A DNA stretch of 64,000 nt, taken from NCBI GenBank assembly GCA_019136135.1, contig JAGVUR010000156.1, positions 533 to 64,532 on the forward strand. The letters are read 5' to 3'. Each line of letters begins with the position of its first letter. The first letter of the stretch is position 1. Origin of the DNA: Verrucomicrobiota bacterium. Its GTDB lineage: Bacteria; Verrucomicrobiota; Lentisphaeria; Oligosphaerales; Oligosphaeraceae. The notes below the pieces were generated by a model. That model made no database searches. It was not told where the DNA came from and saw nothing but the letters and a program-made list of their open reading frames with translations. Positions 26,204 through 34,972 of the stretch are shown here, in pieces. A program made the translations under genes and the position numbers.

Positions 26204-27178
26204 ATGGCTGGCAAACGAATTCTTTCAGGTATCCAACCTTCGGGTACGTTGCATATTGGGAACTATTTCGGGATGATGAGGCAGGCGATCGCCCTCCAGA
26301 ACAGAGGTGACGACTGCTATTATTTCATCGCTAACTACCATGCGATGACGTCAATGCCGGAACCGGAGGCATTGCGCGAGCGCTCATTTGGTGTTGCGGT
26401 TGACTTTTTGGCGGCGGGTTTGGATCCTGAGAAGTCTGTGTTTTTCCGTCAATCGGATGTGCCCGAGGTACTGGAATTGACCTGGATCTTGAGTTGTCTT
26501 TGCCCGATGGGTTTGCTTGAGCGTTGCCACAGCTACAAGGACAAGCTTGCCCACGGCATGGAAGCGAACCACGGCTTGTTTGCGTATCCTGCATTGATGG
26601 CGGCTGACATTTTGCTGTACAATAGCCACCTGGTACCCGTCGGCAAGGATCAGAAGCAGCACCTTGAGGTGACCCGCGACCTGGCGATTCGGTTCAACAA
26701 CCACTTTGGCGAGATTCTGACGATTCCCGACGCGTACATCCATGAAGACGTGGCGGTGATTCCCGGACTCGACGGGCAGAAGATGTCAAAGAGCTACAAC
26801 AATACGATCGAGCTGTATGGCGAAGGGAAGGCGATCCGCAAGAAGTTCATGAGCATCGTTACGGATTCGACTCCTATGGGCGAGCCGATGGATCCGGACA
26901 GGTGCAGTATTGTGGCCTTGTACAAGCTGATGGCCTCAGAAGAGGAACTTGAGGAGTTGCGCAAGAACTACCGTGAAAATCCCGAGTTCGGATACGGCCA
27001 TGCCAAGCAGAAGCTGTATGAAAAGTACCTGGAGTATTTTGCCCCGATGCGAGAACGTCGTGCAAAATTGCTTGCGAATCCCCAGCTTGTTGAGGACATT
27101 TTGCAGGACGGCGCTCGTCGGGCCCGCCTGGTTGCAAGAGCGACGATGGAGAAGGTACGGAACGCGGTTGGGCTGTAG
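26204..27178 (+). CDS. trpS: tryptophanyl-tRNA synthetase
   Basis: ILSGIQPSGTLHIGNYFG...VPVGKDQKQHLE...KMSKS. Confidence 0.93.
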   Translation: MAGKRILSGIQPSGTLHIGNYFGMMRQAIALQNRGDDCYYFIANYHAMTSMPEPEALRERSFGVAVDFLAAGLDPEKSVFFRQSDVPEVLELTWILSCLCPMGLLERCHSYKDKLAHGMEANHGLFAYPALMAADILLYNSHLVPVGKDQKQHLEVTRDLAIRFNNHFGEILTIPDAYIHEDVAVIPGLDGQKMSKSYNNTIELYGEGKAIRKKFMSIVTDSTPMGEPMDPDRCSIVALYKLMASEEELEELRKNYRENPEFGYGHAKQKLYEKYLEYFAPMRERRAKLLANPQLVEDILQDGARRARLVARATMEKVRNAVGL

Positions 27179-27188
27179 GGAGGACTTG

Positions 27189-27755
27189 ATGGCTGAAGGT
27201 TCTCGTTTGAGATTGCTTGGGGCACTGGTGTTGATTTGCTTGTGCTTTGGGCCGGTCTTGCATGGCGAACGGAAATCGAAGGCCATTCCTTTGAAGGTGG
27301 AGGGAGTACCGAATCTCCATCGCATCGACGACAATTTGTATCGATCTGGACAGCCGACCCGCGAGGGATTTGCGAACCTGGAGGCATTGGGTGTAAAGAC
27401 GGTGGTATCGTTATGCCTGAACCAGGATGACATCGACCTGGCTTCGGGGACATTGCTCCGCCTTTACCTGGTTCCATTGAATCCGGTTTGCATCAACAGG
27501 GATCAGGTCGTCCGTGCGCTGTCCATTCTTGGCAATCGTTCGCAGGGACCGTATTTGGTTCATTGCCGTCACGGTTCCGACCGTACTGGATTGGTTTGCG
27601 CATCCTATCGTATCGCGTACCATGGTTGGTCTATTGAGGACGCGATAGACGAGTTGGTCAACGGCTCTTTCGGTCATCACGAGTTCCTGAAAAACATCCC
27701 CAGCTGGCTTCGCAGGGAAGGCAAGGGATTGAAAGTTCGGGTAGAGACGAATTGA
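27189..27755 (+). CDS. secreted/periplasmic protein-tyrosine (dual-specificity) phosphatase family protein
   Basis: Signal-like N-terminus LLGALVLICLCFGPVLHG; active site HCRHGSDRTG (CX5R). Confidence 0.8.
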   Translation: MAEGSRLRLLGALVLICLCFGPVLHGERKSKAIPLKVEGVPNLHRIDDNLYRSGQPTREGFANLEALGVKTVVSLCLNQDDIDLASGTLLRLYLVPLNPVCINRDQVVRALSILGNRSQGPYLVHCRHGSDRTGLVCASYRIAYHGWSIEDAIDELVNGSFGHHEFLKNIPSWLRREGKGLKVRVETN

Positions 27756-27827
27756 CAGAATGCAAAAGAAGGGATACCTTAGAAAGTTCTCGGACTTTCT
27801 ACTTTACGTAACATCAGAAAAGAAACA

Positions 27828-28913
27828 ATGAAGCAACTTTACAAGATAAACGTCGCGAACGGTCTTGATTTCGAGGCCATTGCGGAATGCGAACTGACAT
27901 TAAAGGCAAACGACAATATTGTTGTTCAATGCGAGCGATACATGGATTTTGCCCGTGTTGTTGAACCGATCGGCGATCCGATTGAGGACGAGAAGGAGTT
28001 TGAGCGTCAGCGCGCCGCGAACAGCAAGGGGCGTCACATCGAGGGCGCCAAGATTCCTGTGATCTTGCGTGTTGCCAACGAAGACGATTTTCGTCAGGCC
28101 GAGGAGAACGACCAGCAGGCATTCGAGGCACACAACAAGACGTTGGAGCGGATCCGTTTCCATGGACTGGAAATGAAGTTGATCCAGACCCACTTTTCCT
28201 TTGACCGGAAGATGATCATCTTTTTGTTTTCCGCGGATGGTCGAATCGACTTTCGCGAATTGCTCCGTGACTTGTCTGGATTGCTGAAAGTACGAGTTGA
28301 GTTGCGTCAGGTTGGGGTGCGCGACGAGGCGGCGATTCTGGGTGGCGTCGGGACTTGCGGTCGTCCGTTTTGCTGTGCTCGTTTTTTGAGCTGTTTCAAC
28401 AGCATCAACGTAAAGATGGCCAAGCAGCAGGGCTTGTCGCTGAACCCCCAGAACATCTCGGGTAGCTGCGGTCGTCTTAAGTGCTGTCTTCAGTTCGAAG
28501 CTGAAGTTTACAAGGAGTTGAACATCGAGCAGAAGCAGAAGCAGCAGGAAGTCGCCGAACAGCCGGGTGTGGAAGATGACGAGGAAGTCGAAGTCGCCAA
28601 GGAAGCCGATAATTCCAAGCTACCAAGGAACGAAGCGCCGAAACAGCAGCAAAACAATCCGAAAAACAAGCAGCAGGGTGGGAATCGAAGCAACAATCCT
28701 AGGCAGTCCAAGAAGCAACAGGGGGATCGGGAAGGACGGCGGGAAGGCAGAAACCAACAGCAAGGACAGCAAGGCAAGGGCAACAGGCAAGGCGGGAACC
28801 AGAGTCGTCCCGGCAGGCAACACAAGAATCCGCCAAAACGCCCGATGCCGCCGCCTGACAAGCAGGTCAAACGCCCCTTGCCACCACCGAATTCAGCGCA
28901 ACCCGGGGAGTAA
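27828..28913 (+). CDS. PSP1-domain protein (RicT/YaaT-like) with a long Q/K/R/G/P-rich C-terminal tail
   Basis: RIDFRELLRDLSGLLKVRVELRQVGVRDEA...CGRPFCCARFL...GSCGRLKCCLQFE, then about 120 aa of low complexity. Confidence 0.85.
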   Translation: MKQLYKINVANGLDFEAIAECELTLKANDNIVVQCERYMDFARVVEPIGDPIEDEKEFERQRAANSKGRHIEGAKIPVILRVANEDDFRQAEENDQQAFEAHNKTLERIRFHGLEMKLIQTHFSFDRKMIIFLFSADGRIDFRELLRDLSGLLKVRVELRQVGVRDEAAILGGVGTCGRPFCCARFLSCFNSINVKMAKQQGLSLNPQNISGSCGRLKCCLQFEAEVYKELNIEQKQKQQEVAEQPGVEDDEEVEVAKEADNSKLPRNEAPKQQQNNPKNKQQGGNRSNNPRQSKKQQGDREGRREGRNQQQGQQGKGNRQGGNQSRPGRQHKNPPKRPMPPPDKQVKRPLPPPNSAQPGE

Positions 28914-28970
28914 AGGGATGGCACATGGCGAACTTGCCCGAAATCCCCCTCTCCAAGTGATGGTTTACCA

Positions 28971-30926
28971 ATGAAGGCAGCCAAGTACCTAAGATATTAC
29001 CTTTGCATCCTGGTGTTCTTGCTCCCATTGCTTTTCGGAAGCTATGCGGGGGGAACTGAACAACCGAATTTCCCGGTCAGTATCCTAGAGTGGCTCATTT
29101 GCGGGATGACTCCTTCGTTTCCCGCGTTTTTGGCACCGATCCTGTCCGGAATCGCGTTGATGTTTGCGGTTGCGGTCCACCCAGCACCGCCACGGACGGC
29201 AAAGAGTTGCCTGTGCCTGACCTGGTCAATTCCATTGCTGGCGGGCTTGATGGGACTGGTGCGGACGACCGAGTACGACTATGCCTTCAACTGGCTGTTC
29301 CACTTTGCAGGAGCTGTCGCGTTAGCGGTTGCAGTTTACTGGACTGCTGCGCAGGACAAGGAACTGATGCCCGCCTTGTTGAATTCAATCGTAGCATCGG
29401 CGTTGCTGCTGGTCTTGACGGGTTGGTACCAGAGGTTGATTGGCCTTGACGACAAACTGAGGATGTTCCGCGAAAATGCCGTCAAGACGGGAATCCCTCT
29501 GGATGGAAAGCTGGAGCAGAAACTCCTCCAGAAGCGAGTTTACAGCTTTTTCATCGACCCGAATCTCTTTGGTGCGCATTTGGTTTTGACGTTGCCGATT
29601 TCGTGCTGGTGCCTCTATGGTTGGGGTGGTCATTTCAAGCCCGAGTTGACGAGCCGTCGCGTCCTGGCTGGTCTTGGATTGCTGTTGTTTCTGGTTGCGT
29701 TGTATTGGACTGGCAGCCGTGGCGCAGCGATTGGCTTGGTGATTGGATTTGCCGTGGCGATTTGGTGCGAGCCTATCATTCAGCGTTGGAAATGGAAATG
29801 GGTCTTGCCCGTTCTGGCGGTAGTCGGCGTGGTGGCAATTGTATGTTTTGCGGCATTAAGCCATGGGCGCGAGGGGATGAAGTCGGCATCCGCCCGTGTT
29901 GGATACTATGCTGTTGCATGGCGGATGTTTACGGAATCTCCTGTGACGGGGAAGGGATTGGGCGAATTTTTCCCTCACTACATGAAGTACAAGCCCGTAC
30001 ATGCCGAAGAGACTCGCGATCCACACAATTTCGTTCTTGGGATGTTGAGCCAGAATGGGATTTTTGGCGGCATCGCTGCATTGATTGCCTTGGGGATGCC
30101 CTTTTTCCTTGCTGTTTTTCATGGTGGTGGGAATCGTCGCCGTTCCATGCTGTTATTTGGTTTGTGCGGTTGGTCTGTCCACACGTTATTTGAGTTCAAC
30201 GAGTTGATACCTGGCACGTTTTACCTTGTTGCTCTCCTGCTTGGCGTCGTTTTGCTGGACAATGACGAGGCGCCTGTCCGCAGGATTGCTAATTGGGTAC
30301 GTATCCCTGCCGCATTGTTTGGGCTAGTGTGTTTGGTTCCTGTACTTCGGATTCCAGGCGAGCGTGGTTTTCAGCAGCTGGAGCGTGGCGAGTTTGCGGG
30401 GAACATCTTTGGTCGCCTAGATGAATTGAGCGAATCGCTGCCTCGTTCCGTTGGTCCGTTGGTGATGAAGTTCAACGTATGCTATGAGTCATTGGTGCCT
30501 CGTCTTGGTCGAGAGGTACGTCAACCCGTTCCCAGGGATTTGGCTGAGCGGCATGGCTTGTCTGCGATACGCCAGTTGACTCGACTAGTGCCGCATCGTT
30601 CCTCGAATTGGCGGAAGGCGGCCGAGGTGTTCGCGGTAACGGGCGAATGGTCCGAGGCGGAGCAGGCAATCGAACAGGCGCTGGAATGGTATCCGGGAAA
30701 CGGCAACAACTACTTGGTCAAGGCCGGAATCATCAGGCGAAGGGCAGATTGGATGCCAGTGGCAAAAACCTGCGATACCTATTTCCGCAACCAGGAAGAT
30801 GGCTACAGGCTTGACATGGTACTCGACGAAGAACTCAAGCCGTTGGCAAAAGACCTCTGCGACGCGGCAAATGAAGCGAAATTCGTTTATCAAGACGGAA
30901 GACCAATCCGATTTTCTATCCCATAA
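28971..30926 (+). CDS. O-antigen ligase (Wzy_C) family membrane protein with a C-terminal soluble domain
   Basis: Polytopic; WTGSRGAAIGL...GLGEFFPHY...DPHNFVLGMLSQNGIFGG. Confidence 0.75.
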   Translation: MKAAKYLRYYLCILVFLLPLLFGSYAGGTEQPNFPVSILEWLICGMTPSFPAFLAPILSGIALMFAVAVHPAPPRTAKSCLCLTWSIPLLAGLMGLVRTTEYDYAFNWLFHFAGAVALAVAVYWTAAQDKELMPALLNSIVASALLLVLTGWYQRLIGLDDKLRMFRENAVKTGIPLDGKLEQKLLQKRVYSFFIDPNLFGAHLVLTLPISCWCLYGWGGHFKPELTSRRVLAGLGLLLFLVALYWTGSRGAAIGLVIGFAVAIWCEPIIQRWKWKWVLPVLAVVGVVAIVCFAALSHGREGMKSASARVGYYAVAWRMFTESPVTGKGLGEFFPHYMKYKPVHAEETRDPHNFVLGMLSQNGIFGGIAALIALGMPFFLAVFHGGGNRRRSMLLFGLCGWSVHTLFEFNELIPGTFYLVALLLGVVLLDNDEAPVRRIANWVRIPAALFGLVCLVPVLRIPGERGFQQLERGEFAGNIFGRLDELSESLPRSVGPLVMKFNVCYESLVPRLGREVRQPVPRDLAERHGLSAIRQLTRLVPHRSSNWRKAAEVFAVTGEWSEAEQAIEQALEWYPGNGNNYLVKAGIIRRRADWMPVAKTCDTYFRNQEDGYRLDMVLDEELKPLAKDLCDAANEAKFVYQDGRPIRFSIP

Positions 30927-30941
30927 GGCGAAAAGACGACT

Positions 30942-31562
30942 ATGAAACACATCGGTACAGCAGTCATTCTCTCGGGCCCCAGCGGCGTGGGCAAATCAAC
31001 TGTGTGCTCGCATTTGTTCAAGGCACGACCTGGAATCGGTTTTTCCGTTTCGTGCACGACTCGTTCCCCGCGTCCCGGCGAAGTGGATGGGGTCGCGTAC
31101 CATTTCTTGAACAAGGACGAATTCCAATCCAAAATCGAGGCGAATGCCTTTCTGGAATGGGCCGAAGTCCACGGAAACTACTACGGGACGCTGAAAGAGG
31201 AAGTGAAGCCGATTGTGATGGCTGGGCGTGACGTGATCCTGGACATTGACGTCCAGGGATGCCGCTTGGTCAAGACTTCTTGTGAAAACGATCCCGTTTT
31301 GCGCTGTTCGATCATTTCCGTATTTTTGGTGCCGCCCTCACTTGAGGTTTTGGAGCGTCGGCTTCGTGGTCGTGGTACGGAGACCGAGGAGGCGATCTTG
31401 AGGCGTCTTGGCAATGCCCGCCGCGAAATGGAAGCCTGGCGCGAATACGATTACGTGATTGTGAACGACGAAGCCGAGGAGGCTGCTCGCCGCCTGGAAG
31501 CCATAATTGAGTCATCCCATTTGAGAACAACCGTCATGGACGAGGAGCCGTGGATCAAATGA
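30942..31562 (+). CDS. gmk: guanylate kinase
   Basis: VILSGPSGVGKSTV...SCTTRSPRPGEVDGVAYHF...EWAEVHGNYYGT. Confidence 0.93.
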   Translation: MKHIGTAVILSGPSGVGKSTVCSHLFKARPGIGFSVSCTTRSPRPGEVDGVAYHFLNKDEFQSKIEANAFLEWAEVHGNYYGTLKEEVKPIVMAGRDVILDIDVQGCRLVKTSCENDPVLRCSIISVFLVPPSLEVLERRLRGRGTETEEAILRRLGNARREMEAWREYDYVIVNDEAEEAARRLEAIIESSHLRTTVMDEEPWIK

Positions 31563-32119
31563 AAGGCAACAAAAAGCAATTGAATGGAACCAAGGTTATC
31601 GCACTCGGCATCACGGGTTCCATCGCCGCGTACAAGGGCGCCGACCTGTGCTCGAAACTGGTCCAGCGCGGGTACGAGGTCAATGTGATTATGACAAAAT
31701 CCGCAATGGAACTCGTCACCCCAAGGACATTTTTCACCCTGTCCAGAAATCCCGTCACCACGGATCTCTGGCAGATTCCCGATTGGAAGCCGGGGCATAT
31801 CGACCTGGCGGAACGGGCAGATCTGCTTTTGGTGGCGCCAGCGACCGCGAATATCATCGCCAAAATGGCGTATGGGCTGGCTGACGACGCCCTGTCAACG
31901 TTCCATATTTCGCATGTCGGTCCAATCATTGTCGCCCCTGCGATGAATCATCGGATGTGGGGTCATCCTGCGACCCGGGCGAATTGCGCCATGTTGCGTG
32001 ATCGCGGGGTGGTTTTCGCGGGTCCCGAAGATGGTCATCTGGCTTGTGGCAGTCCGGGCACAGGTCGATTTGCGTCCATCGAGTGTATTTTGGACGCTGT
32101 TGAGAAGGCTTTGCGCTGA
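31559..32119 (+). CDS. coaC: phosphopantothenoylcysteine decarboxylase-type flavoprotein (standalone CoaC)
   Basis: IALGITGSIAAYK...VAPATANIIAKMAYGLADD...VAPAMNHRMW...LACG. The start overlaps the gmk stop (ATGA). Confidence 0.8.
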   Translation: MKGNKKQLNGTKVIALGITGSIAAYKGADLCSKLVQRGYEVNVIMTKSAMELVTPRTFFTLSRNPVTTDLWQIPDWKPGHIDLAERADLLLVAPATANIIAKMAYGLADDALSTFHISHVGPIIVAPAMNHRMWGHPATRANCAMLRDRGVVFAGPEDGHLACGSPGTGRFASIECILDAVEKALR

Positions 32120-32141
32120 GTTTTTTCAGTGGAGGTGTCTG

Positions 32142-34898
32142 ATGCGATTTGCGGCATTGGCTTTTGCGTTGTTGTCGTCTGCGTTGTTTGGGCAGGTCGA
32201 GCAGGCTTTTGATTTGGTTCGCCTGTCGTATTTGGAGGATTTCAAGCCGGTTGCCGGGGAGCCGAAGTGCGACCTGGACCGGAAGCTGGTCTTTGCCCAT
32301 CACGTGTCCTGGCACAATACCTTCAACAACTACGCGCGCAGCGAATCCTACTACGAATTCAGCTTGATGAGAGATGATACGCTGACGGACAACTGCAAGC
32401 GCGAAATCGCACTTGCGCAAGCGACGGGAATTGACGGATTCCTGATCGACTATGCCGGGCCACCACAGGGCTACGAGATGGAACCCTACCTCAAGGCGGC
32501 CGAAGGCACCTCGTTCCTTGTGGGATTCTGCCTCGACAAGCGGGGAAATGACGAAGCCTACATCGCTTGGGCAGTCGATCTGTTTACCCAAATGCACAAT
32601 AAGTTTGCCAAACATCCCAACTATCCCAAGATTGACGGCAAAATGGTCTGGTCAGGATTTTCGTCCCAGGGAATGAAACCCGAAACCTACCAGGAAATCC
32701 ATCGCAGATTGGCCGAGAAGGGAATCGGAATCTTCCTGATCTTCGACTATGATGGACGAGCCTGGGAAAACTCTATCCGCAAAGGCGAGTACAAGCATCT
32801 GGAATCCGGAGACATGTTCTATAATTTCGTTCCCACGTACCGCGCCTGGAATGGCGATACGGGCGAGACGATCGACATGCACAAGGATGGATTCAACCTG
32901 CTGAAGACATTGGCCGAAAAAGGCGGGAAGCGCCCGATGCTGTCCCTCCATCCCGGATACATTGGAGCCAGCTTGAGTTCCATGAGAACAGTCGGCTACA
33001 TCCCGGCACGTGGATTCGACAAGCTGTGGGATTGCTTCCATGCCTGCGAACCCGGCGAGGTAAACTGGGTGCAACTGACCACATGGAACGACTTCGCCGA
33101 AACTGCAATCTATCCCAGGACCTTCGACCAGGCGGCGTCCTGCGAATTGGTCCGTTGCCTGATTGACGCCAGGCTTCGCGGAATCGCTCCCCCGGAACAA
33201 CGGGATCCGAAGCTGTTCTTCGCGGCATTGCGCGAGATTCACCCCGGGACGTTTCTGCGTCTGGAAGTGATTTCCGCTCCGATTCGTCGCGGTGGCGAGG
33301 TTGTATTGCGTGGCCGCCTGCTGGACAATGAGGGCAATGGCGTTGCGGAGCTTGCTGAGAAGCGCCTGTCCATGGCTGGTTTTGTGCGTGACGAGTGGGT
33401 TGTGAAGACGGCTGGATTGTCCCGTCACCATGCCTTGGTTCCCGAGATTACCGCCAGTTGGCGTGATGGAAGCGGAAAGGAGCACCAGCAGGTTCGACGC
33501 TTGCCTGCCGTATTGCTTCGGATGCCCTGGATCGAGAACATGTCAACAGTTCGGAGCGTTTTCCACGGGATGGCCGATATCGGCTCGAAATTGTCTGTAA
33601 GCCAGGAGGGCGAGTTGGTTCGTGCCCGCGTTGAGTTCAGTTCTTCGTCTCCGATTCGGCGTGCGATCTTGTGGCGCAACGATCGTCCCTTGGGTGATTT
33701 CACCGCCGCTGGCGGTCGCCTGCTGAATCTCCATGTGCGACCGAAGCGGGAGAACAAGGAGACGTTCACGTTCAAGGTAACGGATGGACGATTTACGGGA
33801 TCGACGCGCAAGTTCGGCATGGTTGAAGGCGTTGAGCGTTTGCCTGGAGGCGGCGAACTCTTGACGATACCCGCACGTTCGCAGGGCGAGTACGCGTCGC
33901 AGATCTGGACGGATGGAGTGGATGGGAGCATTGAAGTGAAGTTCGGCGATCAACTCCTGGGCAACGTGCCGCTCTCTGACATTGCCCGAAACGGCGAGAT
34001 CAGGCTGGGCGAAGGCGATTCGGAATGTCGGTTGACCTGGTCTGAAAGCTTAATCTACTGCCCGTTGCGTCCGAAGGCCTTGCCGTCCGAGCCATTGTCG
34101 CTGGAGATCTACTCGCGGAAGGCGCTGCGGACGGACGTATATCAAGTGCAATTCATCACAATGGAAGGTCGGAGCGCGTACTCCAGCTTCGTGGCGCCGA
34201 ATTGCACGGATGCGCCCAGGAAGATGGGCATGATCGAGACATTCAAAAACCAGGAAGCACGGGACTTGAATACGGGATACCTGGGAGACGTGGACAAAAC
34301 CATGACCTGGACAGCACAGGACGTCAACCGATTGTGCGTACGTGAAGGATTGTGGAATTTTGACAATGGCGGAGAGGATCTTTTGGGAGACCGACCGATT
34401 ATCGACGAACCATTGGAGAGCCTGATTAAGCCGGAAGGCGTTGGTGGAAGCAAGTGCCTCGTGTTCAAGGGCGGCGAGGAATTGAGGCTGCGTACGCGGG
34501 TGTATCCCAAGACGAACCATGAATTGTCCTGCGACCTGCAGGTCGATTCCTTGCCTGAAAAGGAACAAGTCTTCATCTCTGTGACTGGATGGTGGATGAC
34601 ATTCGGCAGTTTCACGTTCAAGCTGCATCCCGATGGAACGATCACCGTGCGCCGAATCGGATGCGCGCCAGTCCTGAAGTCGAACGGGAAAATCAATGTT
34701 GGCGAATGGACCAAGCTCAGGTTCGCATTCAATGACGCCAAGGGGCGACTCTACTTGAACGACAAGCTGGTCGCGGAAGGCGAATTCCCGCCCTACAGGG
34801 ACTTCCGAGGCAGGTGGCTGACGCTTGGCGACAAGGAGACCGGCTTTGCAGGACGCCTGGATAATTTGTACTTGGGCGGCTGCTGGGATGTACCCTAA
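32142..34898 (+). CDS. secreted multidomain protein: N-terminal glycoside-hydrolase-like (GH71/GH99-like, tentative) and C-terminal LamG/concanavalin-like domain
   Basis: Signal MRFAALAFALLSSALFG; LVFAHHVSWHN...AQATGIDGFLIDYAG; C-terminal ...GFAGRLDNLYLGG typical of LamG. GGAGG RBS. Confidence 0.6.
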   Translation: MRFAALAFALLSSALFGQVEQAFDLVRLSYLEDFKPVAGEPKCDLDRKLVFAHHVSWHNTFNNYARSESYYEFSLMRDDTLTDNCKREIALAQATGIDGFLIDYAGPPQGYEMEPYLKAAEGTSFLVGFCLDKRGNDEAYIAWAVDLFTQMHNKFAKHPNYPKIDGKMVWSGFSSQGMKPETYQEIHRRLAEKGIGIFLIFDYDGRAWENSIRKGEYKHLESGDMFYNFVPTYRAWNGDTGETIDMHKDGFNLLKTLAEKGGKRPMLSLHPGYIGASLSSMRTVGYIPARGFDKLWDCFHACEPGEVNWVQLTTWNDFAETAIYPRTFDQAASCELVRCLIDARLRGIAPPEQRDPKLFFAALREIHPGTFLRLEVISAPIRRGGEVVLRGRLLDNEGNGVAELAEKRLSMAGFVRDEWVVKTAGLSRHHALVPEITASWRDGSGKEHQQVRRLPAVLLRMPWIENMSTVRSVFHGMADIGSKLSVSQEGELVRARVEFSSSSPIRRAILWRNDRPLGDFTAAGGRLLNLHVRPKRENKETFTFKVTDGRFTGSTRKFGMVEGVERLPGGGELLTIPARSQGEYASQIWTDGVDGSIEVKFGDQLLGNVPLSDIARNGEIRLGEGDSECRLTWSESLIYCPLRPKALPSEPLSLEIYSRKALRTDVYQVQFITMEGRSAYSSFVAPNCTDAPRKMGMIETFKNQEARDLNTGYLGDVDKTMTWTAQDVNRLCVREGLWNFDNGGEDLLGDRPIIDEPLESLIKPEGVGGSKCLVFKGGEELRLRTRVYPKTNHELSCDLQVDSLPEKEQVFISVTGWWMTFGSFTFKLHPDGTITVRRIGCAPVLKSNGKINVGEWTKLRFAFNDAKGRLYLNDKLVAEGEFPPYRDFRGRWLTLGDKETGFAGRLDNLYLGGCWDVP

Positions 34899-34903
34899 TT
34901 CTC

Positions 34904-34942
34904 ATTTTGAGTACGGGCACCCCTGGTGCCCGTACTCAAAAT
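34904..34942. repeat. perfect REP-type hairpin (18-bp stem, 3-nt loop) followed by an orphan MITE right end
   Basis: ATTTTGAGTACGGGCACC-CCT-GGTGCCCGTACTCAAAAT. CGCCAGCTGTTTTTTTA at 34953-34969 is the reverse complement of the left end seen at 47491 (one extra T). Confidence 0.85.
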
Positions 34943-34972
34943 GTTGTCATGTCGCCAGCTGTTTTTTTAGTT

